From a virus (Duplodnaviria; Caudoviricetes): DNA of 36,898 bases. Shown here in pieces: positions 8,929 to 17,357 of the stretch (positions are counted from its first letter, which is position 1; every line of letters begins with the position of its first letter). Position numbers and translations under genes: made by a program. The stretch spans positions 1 through 36,898 of IMG/VR virus record IMGVR_UViG_3300037692_000224. The stretch is one strand, 5' to 3'. Under the pieces are notes generated by a model. It did not search any database and was not told where the DNA came from. It worked only from the letters and a program-made list of their open reading frames with translations.

Positions 8929-9724
8929 GTACATTACAGATCATCTTGCCTTCCTGGAGGCTGGTTTTCCTTTGCTTTCCTGTGCTGATCTGACGGAGCG
9001 GTTCAACACCCATTTTGGATGTGCCCTTTCGGTTGGACAGATTGACGCAACTTTGAATAGATACAAGATAACCAGCGGTCGCGGTGCAGGAAGGATTAAA
9101 GGGTATTCGTTGTTGTTTAGTCCAGAGCAGGTTGATTTCATCAAGGCAAATTATTCACGCTGGCGCATTGTCGAACTTACCGAAGTAGTTAATAAAAAAT
9201 TCGGCCTGCAGATCAAACAGGGACAAGTAAAAAGCTTTGTCAAAAACCATGGCATTGTCTCCGGCCGGACCGGACAATTCGAAAAAGGTCAAATGCCATG
9301 GAATGATGGCACTAAAGGAACGGGGATCTGTAAGCCGAACAGCGGCTGCTTTAATAATGGCCATGTCCCGGCGAACGTCAAACCTGTCGGCCATGAAAGA
9401 GTATGCTCCAAGGACGGCTACATTATCATAAAGACAGCCGAAACCAACCCAAATACAGGTTTCTTCGGATGGTACAGGGCAAAGCATGTTGTCAATTGGG
9501 AAGCTCATAATGGTCCGGTACCGGAAGGTAAGATCCTGCGGTTTAAAGATGGTGATCCTAAAAATTGGGCTATTGAAAACATGGAACTCATCACTAGGGC
9601 CGAACATGCCCGGCTTAACCAGCTTCGATTAAATCAACAGCCGGAAGATCTTCGGGAAACAGTGCGGGTCCTGGCTAAACTGATAGACAGAACTGGCCGG
9701 ATATCAAGGGATTTGCGGCCATGA
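8915..9724 (+). CDS. HNH endonuclease family protein
   Basis: GQFEKGQMPWN repeat-like segment and C-terminal H...WEAHNGPVPEG...FKDGDPKN...ENMELITRAEH HNH_3-like domain. Confidence 0.8.
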   Translation: MMGFKYITDHLAFLEAGFPLLSCADLTERFNTHFGCALSVGQIDATLNRYKITSGRGAGRIKGYSLLFSPEQVDFIKANYSRWRIVELTEVVNKKFGLQIKQGQVKSFVKNHGIVSGRTGQFEKGQMPWNDGTKGTGICKPNSGCFNNGHVPANVKPVGHERVCSKDGYIIIKTAETNPNTGFFGWYRAKHVVNWEAHNGPVPEGKILRFKDGDPKNWAIENMELITRAEHARLNQLRLNQQPEDLRETVRVLAKLIDRTGRISRDLRP

Positions 9725-9882
9725 ACGATTACATAGACATACCGTGCCGGATGCAAAAGAAAACCAAAGTGTCTATGAAATGGTGTGATCTGGCCCAGTA
9801 TCAGCAGCTTTGTATCGGTTGTGCAAATAACGAAAACAGGAAAAGAAGTAAATATCAGGAATTGAAGGATAAAAGAAAATGA
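9721..9882 (+). CDS. Small Cys-containing protein (53 aa, not in the ORF track)
   Basis: MNDYIDIPCRMQKKTKVSMKWCDLAQYQQLCIGCANN...; ATGA overlaps with both neighbouring genes. Confidence 0.6.
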   Translation: MNDYIDIPCRMQKKTKVSMKWCDLAQYQQLCIGCANNENRKRSKYQELKDKRK

Positions 9883-10451
9883 AACTGATCTGCCCCGGCT
9901 GCGGAGCAATCGCCAGCGCTGAAAGCTGGATGAATGATGCCGCTTGCCGAGAAACCTTACTTGTCATAGCCAAACTGCCCGCCCCTCTGTCGGCAGCTGC
10001 TCTCGGGTATATGTCGCTCTTTAGACCAGGTACCCGCGCTCTCAGCTGGAAGAAAGCGCTTCGGCTGGTAAAAGAGATCGACACCCTTACTACCAAGGGC
10101 TTTGTCTCTATCCAGGGCCGTGTGGATCGCAATTGCTCGGCAACTATCTGGTCCAGGGCCATGGAACAGATGGTCGAGCAGCGGGCCGGGCTCAGCCTGC
10201 CGATGCCGAACCATAACTATCTGAAGAAAGTCGCCTATGATCTGGCCGATCAGGCCGATTATCTGGGGGAAAAGAAAGGCCAGACCCAGGCTGCAGCCAG
10301 GCCCAGGACACCGGCACCGGACAGGGCAGAGGCGGATCCACTCCTTGACCCCATGGAAAAGGCCCGGAGGGCATGGGATGAGAAGCATGGCACACCTTCG
10401 GCGGTGATAGATTTAAATGGTCTTTCAAAGATCATTAAAGGGATGGAATAA
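9879..10451 (+). CDS. Hypothetical Mu-like phage protein
   Basis: N-terminal CPGCG; YMSLFRP...LSWKKA and NHNYLKKV motifs; translationally coupled. Confidence 0.75.
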   Translation: MKLICPGCGAIASAESWMNDAACRETLLVIAKLPAPLSAAALGYMSLFRPGTRALSWKKALRLVKEIDTLTTKGFVSIQGRVDRNCSATIWSRAMEQMVEQRAGLSLPMPNHNYLKKVAYDLADQADYLGEKKGQTQAAARPRTPAPDRAEADPLLDPMEKARRAWDEKHGTPSAVIDLNGLSKIIKGME

Positions 10452-10657
10452 TGCGGACATTACACCTTACCTTGCACCGGAAATGGTTTGATCTGATCGC
10501 CAGCGGTAAGAAAGATATCGAAAAACAGCGACAATGCGGCGGCTGCGGGGCATCGATTGTAAGCGACGAAAGCCTTTGCCTCAAGTGCTCGGTGCATCTC
10601 GGTAATAAGGTCATGGCCTGGACCGACAAAGGTAACGGCGACAAGGAGCTGGAATAA
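10451..10657 (+). CDS. Small protein with ASCH-like N-terminus joined to a zinc ribbon
   Basis: LHLTLHRKWFDLIASGKKDIE followed by CGGC...CLKC; TAATG overlaps at both ends. Confidence 0.55.
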   Translation: MRTLHLTLHRKWFDLIASGKKDIEKQRQCGGCGASIVSDESLCLKCSVHLGNKVMAWTDKGNGDKELE

Positions 10658-11088
10658 TGGCACCAACTAAAGCGGATTACGCAAAAATCAACATAGCCTG
10701 CAAAGAGCTGGGCATAGACAAGCATCAATTGATTTCCGACAGGTACAAGGTCGAGTCCTCAAAAGAGCTGTCCACCTGGCAACTTGCCGATCTGTACAAG
10801 CATTTCAAGGGCCTGGGCTGGAAGGTAAAGCGGCTCAAGCAGCCGACGGACAAAGGGACCAATTCCCCTTATTATCAGGATGCCAAGATGCGTAAGATCG
10901 TGGCCATGTGGATTACTCTCCATGCGGCGGGAGCTACCAGGAGCGGCACGGACGCCGCCCTGCAGGCCTATGTCAAGCGGATGACCGGAGTGACCAACCT
11001 GCGCTGGTGTGACGGTGCCCAGTGCTTTAAGGTGATTGAATCATTGAAACAATGGGGGGTCAGAAAAGATGTCGATTTTGAAGTTTGA
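10657..11088 (+). CDS. gemA: GemA (DUF1018) family regulatory protein
   Basis: KINIACKELGID...SSKELS...KIVAMW...LQAYVKRMTGV...VIESLKQW; directly upstream of mor. Confidence 0.85.
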   Translation: MAPTKADYAKINIACKELGIDKHQLISDRYKVESSKELSTWQLADLYKHFKGLGWKVKRLKQPTDKGTNSPYYQDAKMRKIVAMWITLHAAGATRSGTDAALQAYVKRMTGVTNLRWCDGAQCFKVIESLKQWGVRKDVDFEV

Positions 11089-11407
11089 ACTACCGGAAAA
11101 CATGCTGCCCACCATTGAAGAGTTGCCGGGTGATCTGTCGGGAGTGGCGGCGGTGATAGAGGAACTGGCCCCAGGTCTGGGGGTAAAAATTACCCTGGCC
11201 CTGGTTAAGCATTATCGAGGCACCTATATATATTGTCACAACGTCGATGCCATTGAGCGGGCTGCTCGCAATCGCTGGATCAAGCAGCTGCGGGACGCAG
11301 AAATGACGGTACCGGAAATTGCCCGAAGGGTCGGACTTGCAGAGCGCCAGGTGTGGAATATCACCGGGGAAGCGGATATTGATAATAGACAGATGAAACT
11401 GTTTTAA
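11069..11407 (+). CDS. mor: Mor/C family transcription activator
   Basis: LVKHYRGTYIY...RNRWI...EIARRVGLAERQVWNI...QMKLF pattern; follows gemA. Confidence 0.85.
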   Translation: MSILKFELPENMLPTIEELPGDLSGVAAVIEELAPGLGVKITLALVKHYRGTYIYCHNVDAIERAARNRWIKQLRDAEMTVPEIARRVGLAERQVWNITGEADIDNRQMKLF

Positions 11408-11418
11408 ATGGTGAAGAA

Positions 11419-11622
11419 ATGAAAAAAATGAGGTGGCTGCTATTTGTCCCTGCCGGACTGTTTGAAATATTGTTAGCTCTTTCTGCTGGCCTGCTGGCAA
11501 CAATACATTACGTTTGTTCTGTGATTCTTGACATTGCCTATATGCTGCCAAGTATGGATTGGTATTTGGGCGGAGAATATAAGCGAAAGCGGAAGCCGGG
11601 CAAACTGAAAGAGAACAACTGA
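11419..11622 (+). CDS. Small putative membrane protein
   Basis: Long hydrophobic stretch with a basic tail. Confidence 0.45.
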   Translation: MKKMRWLLFVPAGLFEILLALSAGLLATIHYVCSVILDIAYMLPSMDWYLGGEYKRKRKPGKLKENN

Positions 11623-11674
11623 TTGTTTCGAGAGTATTATCAATCTTTAAGCTGGCGTTAAAAAGGGAATAAAC

Positions 11675-11887
11675 ATGGCAGAATATTGGAGAACAGTAAT
11701 AGATAAAAAAACGAGGGTCCATCTGTATGGATTAGGTGATAGTTATACTCTGTGCGGGCTGGATACAGCCGGAGACGATACAGTCCATGATAGGCAGCCG
11801 GAGGCTCTTGAAGGAAAGAAAAGGGTTACTTGCGAGGACTGCCAGCAAATCATTTCTATAGTAAAGGGCCATCTTAAAAAAGACTGA
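11675..11887 (+). CDS. Small putative zinc-binding protein
   Basis: H...TLCG...VTCEDC motif; SD AAGGGA. Confidence 0.6.
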   Translation: MAEYWRTVIDKKTRVHLYGLGDSYTLCGLDTAGDDTVHDRQPEALEGKKRVTCEDCQQIISIVKGHLKKD

Positions 11888-12006
11888 TACTAACTGAATA
11901 TCTTGCATGTGGTTTGACCTGTAGGAAATAGCTAATCTCTTGTTTGTTAATAGTTTATTTTATGATAACTTTGTCAGATTATTAATCATTTTAAATGGAG
12001 GACTGT

Positions 12007-12369
12007 ATGATCGGTAGAATTTTTACGTTATTTCTTTTTTTTGTACTGTTGTTTTGCCAGCCTGCGTTGGCTGGATGTCGGCAATTTATCGAGCTTCACT
12101 CGGCTGCAGATGTTGCCAGGGAGATGGGAACCACCGAAGCATGGGTGGTGGGTAACTATAAAATTAAGCTCTGGAAAAAATCAACTGCCCAGGGGCGTTT
12201 TCCTGCAGTGGGGAATCTTCTTCCTGGCTCCAGAGCCTTGCTTTTAAAGACTTCCGGCCCTGACTTTCAGGTAAAGAGCCCTTATGACGGTTCCACGGGC
12301 TGGGTAAATCAGCTACAAGTCAGTGGTATTTTGATGCAAGACGACATAACATTTATGGCTTGCGATTAA
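12007..12369 (+). CDS. Secreted protein with SH3-like domain (moron)
   Basis: SD GGAGG, signal peptide ending ALA, SH3b-like VGNLLPGS...QVKSPYDGSTGWV; AT-rich upstream region. Confidence 0.65.
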   Translation: MIGRIFTLFLFFVLLFCQPALAGCRQFIELHSAADVAREMGTTEAWVVGNYKIKLWKKSTAQGRFPAVGNLLPGSRALLLKTSGPDFQVKSPYDGSTGWVNQLQVSGILMQDDITFMACD

Positions 12370-12381
12370 AAACAATAAACA

Positions 12382-12411
12382 TTGACACAAACCACAACCA
12401 TGGGCTATCCT
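12382..12411 (+). promoter_or_regulatory. Putative sigma70 promoter of the c4-antirepressor unit
   Basis: TTGACA (12382-12387), 18-bp spacer, TATCCT (12406-12411). Confidence 0.6.
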
Positions 12412-12417
12412 CTCCAT

Positions 12418-12462
12418 GTTGCCGCAAAATCGGCAACCGGGATTGGCGTCCTGGAACAAAGG
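12418..12462 (+). promoter_or_regulatory. c4 a1b1-like upstream target element
   Basis: Hairpin GTTGCCG-caaaat-CGGCAAC, then TTGGCGT (12443-12449) and ACAAAGG (12456-12462), complementary to the two C4 single-stranded segments. Confidence 0.7.
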
Positions 12463-12528
12463 CGGACACCCGCCGCAGTAGTTTTTGTTGGCGGTTTTTT
12501 TGTGTCCGTGGTTTCGACTTCGCTTTTT

Positions 12529-12598
12529 GGCGGGTCGAGCAGGGAGCCTCACGGCTCGCCGGTCCCTTTGTCCGGTACGCCAACCTGTTCGGCCCGCC
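12529..12598 (+). ncRNA. c4: C4 antisense RNA (phage P1 c4 / P4 CI-like)
   Basis: Closing stem GGCGGGTCGAGCAGG/CCTGTTCGGCCCGCC, hairpin GAGCC-tcac-GGCTC, CCGG stem with loop containing CCTTTGT, then TACGCCAA. Confidence 0.8.
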
Positions 12599-12652
12599 TT
12601 TTTTTTTGGCGTAAAAATGGCGAAATATTCACAACCACAAAGGAGCAGCACC

Positions 12653-13330
12653 ATGAAAGAAATTACCGTAAAAGACATTCAGAACAGTATCATAAACCTC
12701 CCAAATAGACCTCCGGCTATGCTGGCAAATCAATTAGCTACAATCTACGGTGTAGAAACAAGACAGATCAACCGGGCAGTCAGTCGCAATCCACAGCGTT
12801 TCCCTGAAGATTTTTGTTTTCGAGCTACTGAATCTGAAGCAAAAAACCTGGTATCCCAAAATGGCACACCCCTAAGTCTTTTCGGTGGACACCTCCCCTG
12901 GATGTTCACCCGATTCGGCGCAAATATGCTTTCCTCCGTTTTAAAATCTCCGATTGCAGCGCAACGCGCAATCCAGATAATGCGGGCCTTCTCCATACTT
13001 GAAGAAACTTATCAGCAACCGCCGATCAACGATACCCAGCCCACAGCCTACGAATTACCAGACACCTCCTCCGGCGTCCCAGCTCATTGCATGGTAATCC
13101 CCATGAAGGAATACATTGAAATGCAAAGGGCCGAAATCAATTACCTGAAGAACATGCTGCCGAGCATGCAACCAAAAAAGAGGAGGCAAAACATACCGCT
13201 AACCGCCGAAAATCGCGCGGAAATAATCGAGTTGAAAAAGCAGGGTCATAGTCAGGCCGAGATAGCCAGGATGACAGGCCGTTCCAGTGCTACCGTGTCG
13301 TTTCTCTGTAATGCTGCCAAGGAGGCATGA
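12653..13330 (+). CDS. ORF6N-domain antirepressor with C-terminal HTH
   Basis: LATIYGVETRQINRAVSRNPQRFPEDFCF...FTRFGANMLSSVLKS...IMRAF is ORF6N-like; HTH SQAEIARMTGRSSATVS; SD AAGGAG before the ATG at 12653. Confidence 0.88.
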   Translation: MKEITVKDIQNSIINLPNRPPAMLANQLATIYGVETRQINRAVSRNPQRFPEDFCFRATESEAKNLVSQNGTPLSLFGGHLPWMFTRFGANMLSSVLKSPIAAQRAIQIMRAFSILEETYQQPPINDTQPTAYELPDTSSGVPAHCMVIPMKEYIEMQRAEINYLKNMLPSMQPKKRRQNIPLTAENRAEIIELKKQGHSQAEIARMTGRSSATVSFLCNAAKEA

Positions 13331-13331
13331 T

Positions 13332-13562
13332 ATGGAAGTTCAGGAACTCATCCAACCGGCTATTTTCTCCTTTGCCGACAGCGATAACCCCGCCGACATG
13401 CTCCAGGGTGCCGCTTATGTAACCAGCTTCGTCAAGGAACTTTCGGCGCATTTCATCGAAAGCGACACGGCTTCCGGCTTGAGTGCTGCCGGAATCAACG
13501 GCCTGTTTTTAATCCTCCAAGGGATAGAAGATACCATTCGAACCGCAGCCGAAAAACTGTAA
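13332..13562 (+). CDS. Hypothetical protein
   Basis: SD GGAGG and ATG at 13332 directly after the antirepressor stop. Confidence 0.6.
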   Translation: MEVQELIQPAIFSFADSDNPADMLQGAAYVTSFVKELSAHFIESDTASGLSAAGINGLFLILQGIEDTIRTAAEKL

Positions 13563-13576
13563 CCGCAACCGAAAAA

Positions 13577-13602
13577 AGGGCGGGTTTGGAACCCGCCCCT
13601 AC
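13577..13602 (-). repeat. REP-like palindrome (GTAG type), copy 1
   Basis: Reverse complement GTAGGGGCGGGTTCCAAACCCGCCCT is identical to 21444-21469. Confidence 0.75.
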
Positions 13603-13793
13603 CTTCCCCTTTTCCTCTTCTTTATTTTTTCTGAAAACCGGCTGTAACCCCCTAAAATACTGCACCCTTACGCCTCTAACTCCACCCGCAACCATTGTAA
13701 AACAATGGCATACAAGATGTTTTTACTACCGGGATGGCCGGGGCGGGGTTGTCCTGCCTCGGTCGGTGGTAGTTAAAGTAAGGCGGGCAGTAA

Positions 13794-14216
13794 ATGAGCA
13801 AATTAAGAGACATGTTAATCAGGCACGAAGGTCTGGTTCTTCGGCCTTACCGGGACACGGTCGGCAAGCTGACCATCGGAGTCGGGCACAACCTTGACGA
13901 CAACGGCATTCCCCACGATATCGCCATGCAGTTGCTGGATGAGGATATCGCCAATACCACGGATGAGCTGCACACTAAATACCCCTGGATCGCCAATCTG
14001 AACATTGTCCGGCAGGATGCCCTGGCCGACATGGCTTTTAACCTGGGGTTGCCTCGTCTGGCCGGTTTTAAAAAGTTGCTGTTTGCGCTGCAGACAGGCG
14101 ACTACATCGAAGCATACACACAGATGCTCGACAGCAAATGGGCTGAGCAAGTCCGAGGCAGAGCCCGCGAACTGGCCCAGATGATCTTGACCGGGGAATA
14201 TTACCATGGGGCTTGA
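13794..14216 (+). CDS. Endolysin, T4-type lysozyme fold (GH24-like)
   Basis: HEGLVLRPYRDTVGKLTIGVGHNL catalytic E-D-T motif; DMAFNLG; DSKWAEQV..RA. Confidence 0.92.
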   Translation: MSKLRDMLIRHEGLVLRPYRDTVGKLTIGVGHNLDDNGIPHDIAMQLLDEDIANTTDELHTKYPWIANLNIVRQDALADMAFNLGLPRLAGFKKLLFALQTGDYIEAYTQMLDSKWAEQVRGRARELAQMILTGEYYHGA

Positions 14217-14664
14217 TTTTACCGGCTTCGGCTCCGTAGCTATCCTTGCAAAAGACTTAGTAGACCGTTTCTTTCCTCCAGCGGCCACCGAAGCGGAAAA
14301 GACCGCTGCCAAGCTCCAGCTCCAGCAGATGCTGGAAGTTCGGGAAAATACCATCGTTGAAACACAACGGGCGGTTATGACCGCAGAAATGGCCCAGGGC
14401 GACGCCTTCACCAAACGGGCCAGGCCTTCCATCGTCTATTTTGGCCTGCTTGCTATCGGCCTTGTGCACGTCCTGCTGCCGGTCTTGGCCTGGGTTGCCC
14501 TGGTTGCCACCGGCAAGGCGCTTACCAATATGCCGAACATTCAATTACCGAGCGAGTTTTGGCTCGCCTGGGGCGGGGTCTGCTCTGTCTGGATAGTCGG
14601 GCGCAGTACCGAGCGTTTCGGCATTGCCAATAAGATTACCGCAGCAATTACAGGCGGTAAGTGA
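14206..14664 (+). CDS. Holin (GTA 3TM/DUF3154-like)
   Basis: AEMAQGDAFTKRARP followed by two hydrophobic helices and GRSTER; next to the endolysin. Confidence 0.8.
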   Translation: MGLDFTGFGSVAILAKDLVDRFFPPAATEAEKTAAKLQLQQMLEVRENTIVETQRAVMTAEMAQGDAFTKRARPSIVYFGLLAIGLVHVLLPVLAWVALVATGKALTNMPNIQLPSEFWLAWGGVCSVWIVGRSTERFGIANKITAAITGGK

Positions 14665-14879
14665 TGGCCGAGCAGTTTGAACTAGCCCAGGAACTGGACG
14701 CCTTATTTCGTCAGCAGGCGATTGAAGAGCAGCTGCGCAAAGGTCGATTAAGGACTGGCCCTTCCCTGAAAATATGTCTGGAATGCGGCGAGTCTATCCC
14801 GCAAAAACGGCGCGAAGCATCCCCAGGATGCACCCATTGTGTGGACTGCGCTGAATTAATTGAAAAAGGACTTTTGTAA
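14664..14879 (+). CDS. TraR/DksA C4 zinc-finger protein
   Basis: CLECGESIPQKRREASPGCTHCVDC. Confidence 0.9.
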   Translation: MAEQFELAQELDALFRQQAIEEQLRKGRLRTGPSLKICLECGESIPQKRREASPGCTHCVDCAELIEKGLL

Positions 14880-15208
14880 TGCCGGACGTAGCCATAGCTA
14901 AAGCGATTGTAGAGATTTTGAGCGTACTCAGCAGCGGCCCCCTGGCGCTGATTGTGCTGGTGCTGATCCTCTTACCACCCACCGCCTTAAGCTGGGCGCT
15001 GTATAAACTGTCCACGGCGCTGGTGGCTCTGCGGGATGAAGTACGCAAAGATAACCGCGAGGCCAACGGTCGCTATGACAACAACGTGGTGCTGGTCCAC
15101 AATTATGAGAAGATGGCCGGGGAGCTTATGACCATGGTCCGGGTGAATGTCGGCACCATGGAGCAGTTGGCAAGCCTCATTAAACATGATCTGCAAAGAG
15201 GAAAGTAA
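14879..15208 (+). CDS. Membrane protein with coiled coil
   Basis: Hydrophobic N-terminal half; TAATG coupling with neighbours. Confidence 0.7.
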   Translation: MPDVAIAKAIVEILSVLSSGPLALIVLVLILLPPTALSWALYKLSTALVALRDEVRKDNREANGRYDNNVVLVHNYEKMAGELMTMVRVNVGTMEQLASLIKHDLQRGK

Positions 15209-15453
15209 TGAACAATAACGCTCTCATGCGTGAGAAACTGGAACGGCTGAAAATCCGCCAGACCAATCTGGAAATCGAAGCCAAAGCATTGGCACGCGAC
15301 ATCCCGCCCTTGATCAACCCTGTCCTGCAGGACGTAATCGAGATGCAGGTAGCCGTTGCAGCAGCAAAGATGGACGATCTTGTCATGCGCCAGGGCGAGC
15401 TGCTGAAGATTCGCGGCCAGATCTGGGACCTGGAGGAAGCACTTGGCCAGTAA
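15208..15453 (+). CDS. Hypothetical coiled-coil protein
   Basis: Coupled ORF in the late operon. Confidence 0.65.
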   Translation: MNNNALMREKLERLKIRQTNLEIEAKALARDIPPLINPVLQDVIEMQVAVAAAKMDDLVMRQGELLKIRGQIWDLEEALGQ

Positions 15454-15880
15454 AGGCGACAAGGGCTATCTGGAGCCCCAGGCACTGCGGCTATATGCCG
15501 AAGGCAATTCCCTCTCGTCAATCAGTGAGCAGCTCGGTGTCTCTGTCACCACACTATCCCGCTGGAAGGCGGACACCAAAGACCCGAAGCAGGACCTGAA
15601 CGATTGGGACAGGGCCAGAGGCCAGAAGCGCGGCAACATCCAGAGACTGCGGGATCTGTTCGAAGAACAGCTTTTGCATTTGGAGACCACGCCTCCCCGG
15701 CAGCGAACAGCGCCGATGATGGACACCTTGAGCAAGATCGGCGCGTTGCTTGAGCGCTGGGACAAGATGGAAAAAACACAGCGGGTGGCCGAAGATGTGG
15801 TCAAGGAAGTTACCAAGGCCGGACTTACCGCTGAAACCGCTAATGACATTCGTCGTCAGATTTTAGGAATCAACGCATGA
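15443..15880 (+). CDS. Putative terminase small subunit (DUF1804-like HTH)
   Basis: HTH LSSISEQLGVSVTTLSRWK, WDRAR motif; SD GGAGG plus TTG start; precedes the large terminase. Confidence 0.78.
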   Translation: MASKGDKGYLEPQALRLYAEGNSLSSISEQLGVSVTTLSRWKADTKDPKQDLNDWDRARGQKRGNIQRLRDLFEEQLLHLETTPPRQRTAPMMDTLSKIGALLERWDKMEKTQRVAEDVVKEVTKAGLTAETANDIRRQILGINA

Positions 15881-17355
15881 GCGCAACCGCTGCCCCTACA
15901 GTCTTTCTCCCCTATCAGCAACGATGGGCGGCGGACAGATCACCCGTCAAGGTGATGGAGAAAAGCAGGCGTATCGGTCTGTCCTGGTCGGAAGCTGCGG
16001 ACGATTCGCTCTATGCCGCCGAGGAGGCCGGTGATGACGTCTGGTATATCGGCTACAACAAGGACATGGCCGAGGAGTTTATCAGCGATTGCGCCGATTG
16101 GGTCAAGAAGTATCAACTTGCTGCCGGTGCCGTGGAAGAAGAGATCCTGGTCGATGAAGATAAGGATATTCTCACCTTCCGCATAAAGTTTGCCAGCGGC
16201 AATAAGATTGTGGCGCTGTCCTCAAGACCTTCCAACCTGCGCGGCAAGGCCGGGCGGGTGGTGATCGATGAGGCGGCTTTCCATGACGATCTGAAAGCGC
16301 TGATCAAGGCGGCTATCGCTCTTTTAATGTGGGGCGGCGAGGTGCGGATCATCTCGACCCATGACGGCGACGGCAATCCGTTTAATGAATTGATCAAGGA
16401 TATCCGCTCGGGCCGGACCCCCTACGCTTTACACCGGGTCACCCTGGACGATGCTCTTGCCGAGGGACTGTATCAGCGGATCTGCTTGACGCTCGGGCGG
16501 GAGTGGTCGCCGGAAGCCGAAGCCGACTGGCGGGAAAACCTTATTAAATTTTACGGCGATGCTGCCGACGAGGAGCTTTTCTGCGTACCGGCCCAGGGCA
16601 GCGGCACCTTTCTTTCCAGGGTCTTGATTGAAAGCTGCATGAGCGAGGGTATCCCGGTTATCCGCTACAGCAAGCCGGATGAATTCAAGTTCCTGCCGGA
16701 AGCTGTCCGGCAGTCGGAGGTGGAAGCCTGGTGTGAAGACACCCTGCTGCCGCTGCTGGAAAAGCTTGACCCGCAGAGGCGGTCATATTTCGGGGAGGAT
16801 TTCGGGCGGACCGGCGATTTGTCGGTCTTTGTTCCTCTGCAAGAACAACAGAACGCCACCTTTGCCGCCCCCTTCATCCTGGAGCTGCGCAACATGCCCT
16901 TTAAGCAACAGGAGCAGATCCTCTTCTATATAGGAGACCGCCTGCCGAGGTTCACCTTCGGGGCACTGGATGCACGGGGCAACGGTCAGTACCTGGCGGA
17001 AGTCGCGGCCCAGAAATACGGGCAGAACCGGATAGCCGAGGTGATGCTGACGGAGAACTGGTACCGGGACACGATGCCGAAATACAAAGCGGCCTTTGAG
17101 GACAAGTCCATCCTGCTGCCCAAGGACGCCGACACCATCGAAGATCACCGGGCCTTCAAGATGATAAAAGGCGTGGCCAAGCTGCCGGACACCAAAAACA
17201 CCGGGCAGGATAAGATGCCGAGGCATGGCGATTCAGGTATTGCCGGGGCGATGGCCTGGTATGCAACGAGGCAGGAAGGTGGCAGCGTTATTGAATTTGA
17301 ATCAACCGGCACCCGAAGTTCAGGCTTTGAAATGTCCGGTTTTATGGGTCGATAA
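15877..17355 (+). CDS. Terminase large subunit (Mu gp28-like)
   Basis: LPYQQRW, EKSRRIGLSW, Walker B VVIDEAAF, GEDFGRTGD and HGDSGIA nuclease motifs. Confidence 0.95.
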   Translation: MSATAAPTVFLPYQQRWAADRSPVKVMEKSRRIGLSWSEAADDSLYAAEEAGDDVWYIGYNKDMAEEFISDCADWVKKYQLAAGAVEEEILVDEDKDILTFRIKFASGNKIVALSSRPSNLRGKAGRVVIDEAAFHDDLKALIKAAIALLMWGGEVRIISTHDGDGNPFNELIKDIRSGRTPYALHRVTLDDALAEGLYQRICLTLGREWSPEAEADWRENLIKFYGDAADEELFCVPAQGSGTFLSRVLIESCMSEGIPVIRYSKPDEFKFLPEAVRQSEVEAWCEDTLLPLLEKLDPQRRSYFGEDFGRTGDLSVFVPLQEQQNATFAAPFILELRNMPFKQQEQILFYIGDRLPRFTFGALDARGNGQYLAEVAAQKYGQNRIAEVMLTENWYRDTMPKYKAAFEDKSILLPKDADTIEDHRAFKMIKGVAKLPDTKNTGQDKMPRHGDSGIAGAMAWYATRQEGGSVIEFESTGTRSSGFEMSGFMGR

Positions 17356-17357
17356 TC

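Noticed and set aside
12382-12708. Ash-like ORF (108 aa)
   Set aside because: It starts on the -35 box TTGACA and overlaps the C4 RNA and its targets; the apparent conservation is better explained by RNA structure, though translation is not excluded.
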